Positions 55,636 through 64,000 of a stretch of DNA of 64,000 nucleotides are shown piece after piece; position 1 is the stretch's first letter, and each line of letters begins with the position of its first letter. The position numbers and the translations under genes are program-made. The notes beneath the pieces were generated by a model that worked only from the letters and a program-made list of their open reading frames with translations, did not search any database and was not told where the DNA came from. Origin of the DNA: Candidatus Gottesmanbacteria bacterium (GTDB lineage: Bacteria > Patescibacteriota > Microgenomatia > UBA10105 > UBA927); assembly GCA_030679255.1 (NCBI GenBank), contig JAUXTO010000022.1, forward strand, positions 64,915 through 128,914. The letters run 5' to 3'.

Positions 55636-56025
55636 TTATTTCCCACTCGCCAATCGAGCCAGGTCTTTATCAAATGTAAGCACCGTTTTGATCTTGTACG
55701 CCTCGATAATCGCCACGGAATAGCAATCCACCCAACTTATATTCTTACTTTTAACCATCTTAAAGATCTCCCACGCTCGGATCACAAGCTCATGCGTCTC
55801 AAAGAGGACCGTCGTTGTGCTCCCACGAAGAATATCTTCAACAAATGCAATCGTCGCTTCCTTACTGAATCGCTGCGATCCCACCGTTGCCACTTCTCCC
55901 AATATCGCCTGTGACGTGAGCTTTGGGGCCATGCCATGTTCTCTGGCTAGAGCTACTGCGGCATCGTGATTACTATCAGTAGGTTTGAGGAGACTTATGT
56001 AAAACGAGGCATCGACAAAAATCAT
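55636..56025 (-). CDS. VapC PIN toxin
   Basis: IFVDAS, SWVDCYS and LTFDKD. Confidence 0.9.
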   Translation of the reverse strand: MIFVDASFYISLLKPTDSNHDAAVALAREHGMAPKLTSQAILGEVATVGSQRFSKEATIAFVEDILRGSTTTVLFETHELVIRAWEIFKMVKSKNISWVDCYSVAIIEAYKIKTVLTFDKDLARLASGK

Positions 56026-56279
56026 ATCCGCTTGTCTCCATAAAGGTAGCGTTTGTAGTTGGTAGAAAGATCCGTAGAATATTTTTTGCCTTTGTACCGT
56101 TTCCCGATCTCAGCAAGCGCCAGGAGCTCATTTTTTACGTTCTTCCTTTTGGATAGGAAATGCCCGTCTATCGCCTCTCGCACCACATCAGAGACGCTCT
56201 GCCGCCCCTGCTGGGCAAGGAGAGTTAACATCTGCTTCTGCTCCTCTGGTATGCGGACCACGAGTTGTGTCATACGCAT
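56022..56279 (-). CDS. ribbon-helix-helix antitoxin
   Basis: TQLVVRIP..SVSDVVREAI..DLSTNYKRYLYG. Confidence 0.85.
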   Translation of the reverse strand: MRMTQLVVRIPEEQKQMLTLLAQQGRQSVSDVVREAIDGHFLSKRKNVKNELLALAEIGKRYKGKKYSTDLSTNYKRYLYGDKRI

Positions 56280-56340
56280 TACATATTACAATTACTGCGG
56301 GGTGTTGTCAATAAGGGGGTTGTCTCCATTCTCATGCAGC

Positions 56341-56373
56341 ACTAAACCTCCGGCGACTATGGAGTGGGAGTAA
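56341..56373 (+). repeat. duplicate of the guaA 3' end (TKPPATMEWE*)
   Basis: 28/33 identical to 55597-55629; all five differences are synonymous. Confidence 0.92.
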
Positions 56374-56394
56374 AACAGTATTAGCTACGAATTA

Positions 56395-57060
56395 TTAAAA
56401 TTTAATCTGTGGATATTGAGGCTTCCAATCCCATTTTTGCCTTGGTTGCTTACTCTTTGGATCAAAATCCCAACCGCTTTTTACTAAAAGCTTATTGAGT
56501 CTCCCTCGAAGCGTCGATGCTTCCGATCTGCTTAAATCTCCATCATATGATGCCACCGCTGCTACATTCAGTCCATGAAAAATAAGAGTATCTACCGCAT
56601 GAAATGCCTCCTTAACCATTGGTGTAATAATGGGATTATTTTCTCGAAATGTATGCCGGGCGGTTGCCAAATCCAAGGGAAGAACACCACCGCTGTGTGC
56701 CGTTTGTCTAGCAAACTCTTCGGGTTGTATGATATCGGTTGTCTGTTCGGAAAAAGGATCAATAACGATTATTCCTTTCTCATTTTTATAGGTAATCGTT
56801 TCAAACCCCGGAGCAACTTTATCGGCACCTGTGGCAGGATCGAAATAGCGCACTTTCTGCGCGAGGTGATAACGAACTTGAGGATGGGAAATGTCAAGAA
56901 CTCTTTGCTGAACGGGCGTTGGATTATCTGCACTTATCTGTCCCAGAGGCACGCCGAGAGACACGCGGGGTCTTCCGTCCCCTATTCCACCAAGAATAGA
57001 TTGCGTAGGTTCGGGAAATATTGAAGGGATTTCAGCTTGTGCGTCAAGTCCAACCATCAA
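56395..57060 (-). CDS. hypothetical protein
   Basis: 221-aa ORFan directly after a (GA)n promoter. Confidence 0.6.
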   Translation of the reverse strand: MMVGLDAQAEIPSIFPEPTQSILGGIGDGRPRVSLGVPLGQISADNPTPVQQRVLDISHPQVRYHLAQKVRYFDPATGADKVAPGFETITYKNEKGIIVIDPFSEQTTDIIQPEEFARQTAHSGGVLPLDLATARHTFRENNPIITPMVKEAFHAVDTLIFHGLNVAAVASYDGDLSRSEASTLRGRLNKLLVKSGWDFDPKSKQPRQKWDWKPQYPQIKF

Positions 57061-57065
57061 CGCTT

Positions 57066-57096
57066 AGAGTACTCTCTCTCTCTCTCTGGAAATCAA
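57066..57096 (-). promoter_or_regulatory. sigma70 promoter with (GA)8 spacer, 19 bp
   Basis: TTGATT-19-TACTCT. Confidence 0.65.
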
Positions 57097-57235
57097 GCTG
57101 CAGGCGCAAATCGTCGTGCAGATATTAGTGCTAATATTAATAATCAAATCTGAATAGCCTTGACAAAATACACCACGTGGTTTATTTTGTCTCAACTTAA
57201 AAACAGCTTAAAAGGTAGAAAGGGGTAGAAAGCCA

Positions 57236-57276
57236 AACATCACCACAAACCCCAAACGACTATGGAGTGGGAATAG
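57236..57276 (+). repeat. second, more decayed duplicate of the guaA 3' end
   Basis: AAC ATC ACC AC- AAA CCC CAA ACG ACT ATG GAG TGG GAA TAG versus GAC ATC ACG ACC AAA CCC CCG GCG ACC ATG GAA TGG GAA TAA. Confidence 0.85.
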
Positions 57277-58135
57277 CTTGAAGACACGATTCTAATACTC
57301 CTGTCATTCCCTTGAGATCATCAGCATACATAGGATCTCTTTTTGTGGTGCGAAGCAATCCAAGCGCCTCTTGTACAGCCTCACGCGAAGCCTCATCCGT
57401 GATCGAATTCCCTTGTCCAATCCGGAGTATCAACTTATTATGTGGAAATATACGATTTTCTGTAAACGATGTATACTGATCGTCTGTCATGATGGCGCTG
57501 GCGAGCATGGTTTTTGGATCACACGCGATAGTTCCCCGCTTCCCTTTGTGAATAATCAAATCATATCTCGGAAATACGCGTTCTTCTCCAACGGCGGGAT
57601 TCCAATACACCACTGCATCGTTATGGACAATCCGTGTTTCTTTGTTAGCTACATCCACAACTCGCAATAACGCCAAACGATCGCTGCTCTCCGGCGCAGC
57701 ACCCAAATCCATTTCCGCTACATGAAATGTTCTGTCTGCCAACCCCCCATGAAACCACCGCTCTGGCGGAACAGTCGTGACATCTAGGCCTCGCGCTCTA
57801 TCATAACGATTCGGCTCGGGTCTTGCCTCCCGATCAAGCCCCTGCATATTTAATTGCACCATTGCCGCTTTTCTTTTTTTGACATCTTTTCTATGTTCAA
57901 AATACGTACGTGCCCGTTCAGCCTCATCCAAACTCTCCTCCCCCTTTTTGACTCTATGCATAATTTGACCAAGCTCCCTGCCTGCCTCTTTGACACTCAG
58001 AGTTGCCCTTTTCAGGGGCGCCTGAACACGTGCCAATAGGCTAGCAGAAACCTTGTCCCGCAGCGCCTGCTGCGCGGGCGTTTGTTCCATCGCCGGTGTC
58101 CAATTGACTGGTTTGCCTTCTGTTACTTCAACCAT
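57260..58135 (-). CDS. hypothetical protein
   Basis: 291-aa ORFan with AGGAG RBS and (GA)n promoter. Confidence 0.65.
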   Translation of the reverse strand: MVEVTEGKPVNWTPAMEQTPAQQALRDKVSASLLARVQAPLKRATLSVKEAGRELGQIMHRVKKGEESLDEAERARTYFEHRKDVKKRKAAMVQLNMQGLDREARPEPNRYDRARGLDVTTVPPERWFHGGLADRTFHVAEMDLGAAPESSDRLALLRVVDVANKETRIVHNDAVVYWNPAVGEERVFPRYDLIIHKGKRGTIACDPKTMLASAIMTDDQYTSFTENRIFPHNKLILRIGQGNSITDEASREAVQEALGLLRTTKRDPMYADDLKGMTGVLESCLQAIPTP

Positions 58136-58152
58136 AATTTTCTCCTACTTGG

Positions 58153-58180
58153 ATAGTACTCTCTCTCTCTGGAAAATCAA
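58153..58180 (-). promoter_or_regulatory. sigma70 promoter with (GA)6 spacer, 16 bp
   Basis: TTGATT-16-TACTAT; near-copy of 57066-57096. Confidence 0.7.
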
Positions 58181-58226
58181 GCGGTGGGTGCGAATCAACA
58201 CGGTGAAGGCGTGCTACAATAATCCC

Positions 58227-58556
58227 ATGGCGTGGAATGTCCGATTCTTTCAAACAACAAGAGGCGACTATCCGGTAAAAAAATTCATTGAGGAACAAGA
58301 CATGCCCACTATTGCCAAAATAACTCACTCGATCGAACTTTTGGAAAGCTATGGCCCCTACCTCAAGCCCCCATACATCAAAAAACTTGAAGACAAACTT
58401 TATGAATTGAGAATATCTGGTAAAATCGCGGTCCGAATTTTTTATACGATGTCACACAATGCGTACTACTTGTTACACGCTTTCAAAAAGAAAACGAATA
58501 AGACGCCTCGCAGGGACCTCCGCACCGCCCTTGACAGAACAAGAGAACTAATATAG
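58227..58556 (+). CDS. HigB/RelE-like (gp49) toxin
   Basis: PVKKFI..LYELRI..RIFY..LLHAFKKKTNKTP. Confidence 0.9.
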   Translation: MAWNVRFFQTTRGDYPVKKFIEEQDMPTIAKITHSIELLESYGPYLKPPYIKKLEDKLYELRISGKIAVRIFYTMSHNAYYLLHAFKKKTNKTPRRDLRTALDRTRELI

Positions 58557-58568
58557 CATATATGCTAT

Positions 58569-58853
58569 ATGAAACACCGACACATGGATTTTTCCGTTTG
58601 GAAAAAACAGGCTTTACAAAATCCGGCGCTGCGGACAGAATATGATAAGCTGCAACCGGAATTTGCGCTTATTCGTGCTGTGGTAGAAGCCAGGACAAAA
58701 CGAGGCCTCACGCAAACGGAGCTAGCCCAACGGATAGGCACCAAGCAATCTGTCATTTCTCGACTTGAGATCGGCAGAGCAAACCCATCGGTAGCATTCC
58801 TCAAAAAACTCGCAGAGGCGCTCAACAGTAACCTACAAATCCGCTTTACGTAA
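58569..58853 (+). CDS. HigA/XRE HTH antitoxin
   Basis: GLTQTELAQRIGTKQSVISRLE; palindrome ATATAGCATATATGCTATAT upstream. Confidence 0.9.
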   Translation: MKHRHMDFSVWKKQALQNPALRTEYDKLQPEFALIRAVVEARTKRGLTQTELAQRIGTKQSVISRLEIGRANPSVAFLKKLAEALNSNLQIRFT

Positions 58854-58854
58854 T

Positions 58855-59763
58855 ATGATACCGGCCTATCCGAAAATTTTCTCCATCGGCTCGCCCTACA
58901 TCCCTCATCTCTTCAAGGGGAGCGTTGAAGTGACGGAAAAAATAGACGGCAGCCAATTTACCTTTGGTCTGGATAGTCAGAAAAACCTACTGCTTCGCAG
59001 CAAAGGCAAAGACCTCTATATTGATGATCCGGAAAAAATGTTCCAGGGTGCCATCGATTATGTGGTCGCAATTGGCGAAAAAATAAAAAAACAATTTCCC
59101 CCGGAAACGTTCTTTTATACGGAATTTTTAAGTACACCAAAACACAATGTCTTACCGTATGCACGGATTCCCAACAATCATCTCATGGTGTTTGCTGCCT
59201 ATTTTGCAGGCACCGGATTTGTCGATTATAAAAAATTAAAAGTAATAAGCGATCTGTTGGATCTTGAGGTCGTACCGCTTCTTTTTGAAGGAGAAATAAA
59301 AAATGTTGAAGAACTGAACCATTTGCTCAATCGTACAAGCGGCTTGGGCGGCGAAACCGTTGAGGGAATTGTGGTAAAAAACTACGCGCAAACGGTCTTT
59401 ATTGCCGACCAGGTCTTTCCTTCGTTGGGCAAATTTGTCCGGGAACAGTTTAAAGAACGCCATAAAAAGGAGTGGAAGAGAAAAGAAGGAAAAGGCAAAT
59501 GGCAAACCTTCTTGGAAAGTTTTCGGACCGATGCCAGATTTAGAAAATCGGTACAACACCTTACCGAAAAAGGGGAGCTAAGCTTTACTCCCGCCGATAT
59601 TGGCAAACTTATGGTCGAGCTGAAAAAAGATGTTATTGACGAAGAAAAAGAAGCGATCAAAGAAGAACTCTACACATTCTTTATTGATGAAATTTTGCGC
59701 AAAGCCACCGCTGGGTTCCCCGAGTGGTATAAAGAGCAACTGCTGAAAAAAGCCTTTACCTAG
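58855..59763 (+). CDS. ATP-dependent RNA ligase family (Rnl2-like nucleotidyltransferase)
   Basis: YPKI, motif I EKIDGSQF, VPLLFEG, motif IV EGIVVK and motif V GK.V...FKE. Confidence 0.82.
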   Translation: MIPAYPKIFSIGSPYIPHLFKGSVEVTEKIDGSQFTFGLDSQKNLLLRSKGKDLYIDDPEKMFQGAIDYVVAIGEKIKKQFPPETFFYTEFLSTPKHNVLPYARIPNNHLMVFAAYFAGTGFVDYKKLKVISDLLDLEVVPLLFEGEIKNVEELNHLLNRTSGLGGETVEGIVVKNYAQTVFIADQVFPSLGKFVREQFKERHKKEWKRKEGKGKWQTFLESFRTDARFRKSVQHLTEKGELSFTPADIGKLMVELKKDVIDEEKEAIKEELYTFFIDEILRKATAGFPEWYKEQLLKKAFT

Positions 59764-61240
59764 GTTTATTGATGACAATCGGGCGCAAGCGGCTCATTTC
59801 CTCGAGAGAATAGTGCACTCCTTGGACCCCGAGGCCCGAACGTTTGACCCCAAGAAATGGAAAGTGGTCGGGGCCGCGTTGGGGACTCCCATTAATTTGA
59901 ACGGTGCCAACGTTTAACTGCTTGGCCACCACAATCCCCGCCCCCTCGTCTTGGGTAAACACCGAGGCCTGCAGTCCAAACCGCGATGCATTGATGATCC
60001 CCACTGCCTCCCCAATGTCCTTAACAGTGATGAAAGACACCACCGGTCCGAATACTTCCTCTCGCACTGCCGGCATTTCCGGCCGGACGTCAGATAATAT
60101 TGTTGGCTCGACGAATGCGTTTGTTCGCCTGCCACCGGTAATAATTTTTGCCCCAGCCTTCACGGTCTCACCGATGAGCGACTGGATATGTTCGGCTGCC
60201 GCAATGGAAACAACTGGTCCCACGAGTTTGGTCTCCGGACTCCGGGGATCACCCATGTGCACAAGCTCAGGCATTTGTTTCATGATGACTGTTTGAAGTG
60301 ATGCAAGGGTGTCAGGCATTCCGAGGACATACTTGATCGCCGTACAGCGCTGCCCGGCATACGAGAAGGCTCCTTTGATAATCTCGCGGGCGGTGAGATT
60401 CATATCCGCGTCCGGGAGAACTAAGGCTGGATTGTTGCCGCCGCATTCAAAGACCAACGTCTTCATCCCCGCCTTTTTAGCTATGGCCTCCCCAGTGTCT
60501 GAGTTTCCTGTGAAGGTGATGCAATCGATGCCCGGATGAGAAACGAGATAATCCCCGATATCACTCCCCGTCCCCGTCACACACGTGAGCGCTCCTTCCG
60601 GTACACCTGCTTTCAGAAATGCTTGTGCCAAATGGAGCGCGCTTATTCCCCCTTGCGTCGGCGGCTTAAAGACGACCGCGTTACCCATCAGGAGCGCCGG
60701 GGCGAGTTTACTCGCAGTAAGATTGACGGGATAATTAAAGGGTGCAATAGCAAGAACTGTCCCCCATGCCACGCGCTCGATGAGACCAATCCGTCCTTTG
60801 TCATACCCAGGAAAATTATCGCTATCCAGAGTCTCCCCGCGCATCGACTGGACTTCATCGGCGTAGTAATCGATGAGGTCAGCGGTCCGGACAATTTCAC
60901 TTTTGGCTTCTCCCATGGACTTGCCAATTTCTTTTGCAAGCAATGTTGAAAGATATTCTTCAAAATGCCGGATCCAGTCGGCCGCCAAATGCATGATCTT
61001 TACGCGTTGGTTAAGGGGTGTGGCTTCCCACTTCGCTTGTCCGGTTTTAGCAGAGGTCATCACCGCGTCAATCTCGACTATCGTCACGACCTGCAGTGCC
61101 CCCACCACACTATCATCTATAGGAGAATGGATCTCTACCGTTTTTCCGCTCGCGCTTTCCACCCACTCTTTTCCATTAAAAAAACGATACACAGGTGGTG
61201 TCGCGTGATTACTGAGGGTTTCAAAAAATTCTTCCGGCAT
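59756..61240 (-). CDS. gapN: non-phosphorylating NADP-dependent GAPDH (ALDH family)
   Basis: LAIAPFNYPVNL, KPPTQG, FSYAGQRCTA and QRGPDHFPFLG. Confidence 0.88.
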   Translation of the reverse strand: MPEEFFETLSNHATPPVYRFFNGKEWVESASGKTVEIHSPIDDSVVGALQVVTIVEIDAVMTSAKTGQAKWEATPLNQRVKIMHLAADWIRHFEEYLSTLLAKEIGKSMGEAKSEIVRTADLIDYYADEVQSMRGETLDSDNFPGYDKGRIGLIERVAWGTVLAIAPFNYPVNLTASKLAPALLMGNAVVFKPPTQGGISALHLAQAFLKAGVPEGALTCVTGTGSDIGDYLVSHPGIDCITFTGNSDTGEAIAKKAGMKTLVFECGGNNPALVLPDADMNLTAREIIKGAFSYAGQRCTAIKYVLGMPDTLASLQTVIMKQMPELVHMGDPRSPETKLVGPVVSIAAAEHIQSLIGETVKAGAKIITGGRRTNAFVEPTILSDVRPEMPAVREEVFGPVVSFITVKDIGEAVGIINASRFGLQASVFTQDEGAGIVVAKQLNVGTVQINGSPQRGPDHFPFLGVKRSGLGVQGVHYSLEEMSRLRPIVINKPR

Positions 61241-61260
61241 CGTAAATATAGTGTAGCAGG

Positions 61261-61542
61261 TTACGAAGATTTCTTGTATACCGTTTCATGCCGACCAATA
61301 GCGAGGAAACGAGCCGTGGTTTTACCAATCCATTCATACACGATACGAATATCGCCGGTAATTGAAAAAGCGTACTTCCCCTCCATGCCTCCGTGAAGTT
61401 TGTGATTGCCAAGTCGCGTGTCGTCAGGGTTATTTTTAAACCATCGCAGCCGCAGGGTGATACTCTCCTGGAGGTTCGAATCGTTTTGTACCACTTTTCT
61501 GTAGTTTTGATGGTACGCTCCGGTGTATCGTACGTTTACCAT
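61261..61542 (-). CDS. YafQ-like toxin
   Basis: LGNHKLHG..AFSITGDIRIVY..IGRHETVY. Confidence 0.88.
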   Translation of the reverse strand: MVNVRYTGAYHQNYRKVVQNDSNLQESITLRLRWFKNNPDDTRLGNHKLHGGMEGKYAFSITGDIRIVYEWIGKTTARFLAIGRHETVYKKSS

Positions 61543-61807
61543 GACGTTTCGGCAGATGGCTCATCACAAATTTATGAAACGGAGTCACCCCATCCCATTC
61601 TACATCATTTTCGATTGGTTCAGCGGCAGACTTTAATACTTCAGCTTCAAACTCTGGGGTAAATCCATTTTCGGTAAGCCGGGGATAGAGCCAATCGCGA
61701 AGCGTATCGCGGAAAAGCTCGCTCATCGACGAATACCCCCGACGCGCAAGGTAGGCTTTTGCATCTTCGTACATGGTTTTGGGAAGAGAAATGTTGATCG
61801 TCATCAT
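61436..61807 (-). CDS. ribbon-helix-helix antitoxin
   Basis: TINISLP..GYSSMSELFRD; overlaps the toxin by 107 bp. Confidence 0.75.
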   Translation of the reverse strand: MMTINISLPKTMYEDAKAYLARRGYSSMSELFRDTLRDWLYPRLTENGFTPEFEAEVLKSAAEPIENDVEWDGVTPFHKFVMSHLPKRHGKRTIHRSVPSKLQKSGTKRFEPPGEYHPAAAMV

Positions 61808-61842
61808 ATGGCAAGTATTGTATAACAATCATACAAATATTG

Positions 61843-62397
61843 TCAACGACAACTCCCCCACAGCCCTCTCCCCTCCCTTCGCGCTTCTCTCTCTGCTTCC
61901 AAAAATTGCTCCCGGTGGGCCACATCCGGTGGAACGGTGTCGATCCTTGCCGCACCCTGACGGACTAAATAGTCATTAACGAACACTTCTCCTACATAAA
62001 CATACCGGAGGAGTCTCCCGTACTTATCCGTATCAGAAATATCTCTCTCAAGTCGTACAGTCTTCCCGTCTACTAGTCTCGCGTTTTCTTCTTTCGCTTC
62101 TTTCCCAAAACATTGTACGGTGCGTCTGGGATCCACACTTTCCGGAGTATCCACTCCGATGTACCGGACTTTCCGCTTGTCAGTAAGCTCAATCGTGTCT
62201 CCATCAATGACTCGACCCACGACCGCTATTTCTACGCCGGGGCCGGCTACTCCCGACGAAGTCGCAACACCTGCTGAAATTGCGGATTGCCTTGCTGATG
62301 ATGGTAGTGAAGATTTAGAAATCCATGAAGTATTGTATCCTAATGCACTGAGTCCACCAAGCACAAAAATCACCCCATATTTCATCCATCGCTTCAT
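61843..62397 (-). CDS. thermonuclease (SNase) family, exported
   Basis: VIDGDT, VRYIGVDTPE and DKYGRLLRY. Confidence 0.93.
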   Translation of the reverse strand: MKRWMKYGVIFVLGGLSALGYNTSWISKSSLPSSARQSAISAGVATSSGVAGPGVEIAVVGRVIDGDTIELTDKRKVRYIGVDTPESVDPRRTVQCFGKEAKEENARLVDGKTVRLERDISDTDKYGRLLRYVYVGEVFVNDYLVRQGAARIDTVPPDVAHREQFLEAEREARREGRGLWGSCR

Positions 62398-62420
62398 CCC
62401 ATTATTCTATCATCACTGAT

Positions 62421-62984
62421 TTATGCCCGCTCCAAATACTGGCCCGTCTCCGTATCAACGGCAATCGTATCCCCTTCTTTGATGAAGAGCGGCACGGTGA
62501 CAGAGAGCCCCGTCTCGACTTTGGCGACTTTACCCGCTCCCGCGACCGTGTCTCCACGCGCGCCTTCGATGGCCTCGGTCACAAGGAGCCGCACTTTCTT
62601 GGGAAACCGCAGTCCCAACACATCCGATTCGTGCACGAGCAATTGATAGGTATCATTTAATTTAATATACGGCAGATAATCAGATAGTACGCTTTCACTA
62701 ACCAAATATTGTTCGTAGGTAAAATTTTCCATGAAGACATAGTTCACACCTTCCTTATAGAGATACTGCGCCTCATGAGTCTCGACCGGAATCTCGGTCA
62801 CACTCTCCCCCGCCTTAAACGTGAAGTCCTGCACTTTGCCGGTCTTGAGAGATTTGAGCCGCGTGCGCACAAACGCGCTCCCCTTGCCGGGATTGACGTG
62901 CTGAAACTCGACAATGGCGTGTGGCTCGCTTTTAAATTCTATGACCCCGCCCTTACGGAATTCTGCTGTAGTAATAGTCGACAT
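62421..62984 (-). CDS. efp: elongation factor P
   Basis: HVNPGKGSAFVR, ETG..VPLFI and DTETGQYLER. Confidence 0.96.
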   Translation of the reverse strand: MSTITTAEFRKGGVIEFKSEPHAIVEFQHVNPGKGSAFVRTRLKSLKTGKVQDFTFKAGESVTEIPVETHEAQYLYKEGVNYVFMENFTYEQYLVSESVLSDYLPYIKLNDTYQLLVHESDVLGLRFPKKVRLLVTEAIEGARGDTVAGAGKVAKVETGLSVTVPLFIKEGDTIAVDTETGQYLERA

Positions 62985-63064
62985 AGTGATAATTGTATCT
63001 CAATGAAAAACTCCCTTCCTCGGGAGTATCCCCTATTATCCCAAATCTGCCACCGAGGCGCAAC

Positions 63065-63826
63065 TTACCTCCCGTAGTTTTGCCACAACAAATCAAAGAG
63101 CACAGATTGTGTTTGTGCCAACTCTTCATTCCAGATTTCTGTAGCGACCACCGCATCTTTGCCGTACCCCACTAAATAGATTTTCTGCTTGGTGATGATC
63201 GTATCGGAAGAAAACGTGACTCCTTCCGGTAAAATCGACAGTTCGTGCCTGTCTGATGCATAAAGCTTTTTGTATTCAACCGCTTCTTTGCACTTGACCA
63301 TGAGCTCCTTTGCCCGTCCCCCGCTTTCCCGTATCGCCTGGGGAATTTTATGAAAATACTCCGGCATACTCGCCTTCACCCGGCCTGGATGGAATATCGA
63401 CACAAACGATGACTCCTTCACGACCTCCTCGTACATCAGGGCTACCCGCGCCGGGCCTTCATAAAATTGCACTGCCGGCCGGATCGCGTGAGTCGCTTCC
63501 AATTTGACCAGCTCCGGAAGCCGGGACACGAGGATAGATTTGGCCTCCCCTATCTCCCGACGTTTGCGCTCGAGAACTCCCGGTAGATCGGCAACAGGGA
63601 TGGGCTTGGCATGCATGACCCCCCGGTGAGCGAATAGTGAAACAACTCCCGCAGCAATCAGCCGGTCGGCAATCACATACATGGACGAGCGGTTGATTCC
63701 GGCGCGTTTGGCCCACGCGCTCACGGGACTCGCGCCCAGTTTGACAAGCTCAAGAAACGCATCCGTATCCTTACCGTCCAGATGAAATTGAGAAAATATA
63801 TCGTTCATACCATTGTTGTTGTACAT
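63065..63826 (-). CDS. TrmB-family transcriptional regulator
   Basis: N-terminal wHTH (AKRAGINRSSMY), PAVQFYEG and C-terminal FDLLW. Confidence 0.8.
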   Translation of the reverse strand: MYNNNGMNDIFSQFHLDGKDTDAFLELVKLGASPVSAWAKRAGINRSSMYVIADRLIAAGVVSLFAHRGVMHAKPIPVADLPGVLERKRREIGEAKSILVSRLPELVKLEATHAIRPAVQFYEGPARVALMYEEVVKESSFVSIFHPGRVKASMPEYFHKIPQAIRESGGRAKELMVKCKEAVEYKKLYASDRHELSILPEGVTFSSDTIITKQKIYLVGYGKDAVVATEIWNEELAQTQSVLFDLLWQNYGR

Positions 63827-64000
63827 TCACAACACATCACTATAGCCTCATTGTAGCTACATTTACTCCATTTGTCAAGTAGTAATGTTGTAAATATTTG
63901 ACAGATATAGTCTGATAGTATATGATGTTTTTTATATGAATTATCTTGAATCTGAACTATTGGGCCTTTTTGGGAATGTAATAAAGGAGCAACATGAACA

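Noticed and set aside
1-64000. Prophage, retron, DGR or IS element
   Set aside because: No structural phage genes, reverse transcriptase or transposase recognised in the ORF track.

Overview
64 kb of a bacterial chromosome. Gene content and repeat style suggest a CPR/Patescibacteria (Microgenomates-like) genome; this is inference. Housekeeping and salvage genes: ftsH, a stand-alone 5'-3' exonuclease, a YbaK-TrpRS-OB fusion, idi, a Xer-like recombinase, a VirD4-like ATPase, nrdR-nrdJ-pduO, PRTases with guaA, gapN and efp. They are interleaved with about 11 type II toxin-antitoxin pairs, two Fic-MerR proteins, two small GIY-YIG nucleases and many ORFans. Non-coding features read from the sequence: three tRNAs (a CAU tRNA with a 189-nt group I intron, a second CAU tRNA, and a rare tRNA-Ile(UAU)), a T-box antiterminator/terminator, a compact cobalamin riboswitch and probable NrdR boxes. 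Most unusual signals: (1) a repeated ORFan expression unit made of a sigma70 promoter with a microsatellite spacer, a hairpin/boxA-like/hairpin leader and a conserved covarying GCCA-N4-TGGC terminator motif; (2) short synonymous-diverged duplicates of gene ends (guaA x3; both ends of a glycosyltransferase) bracketing accessory cassettes; (3) about 20 palindromic or tandem repeats inserted in frame inside proteins; (4) a PPDK-like enzyme whose pyruvate-binding domain is replaced by an unrecognised domain.
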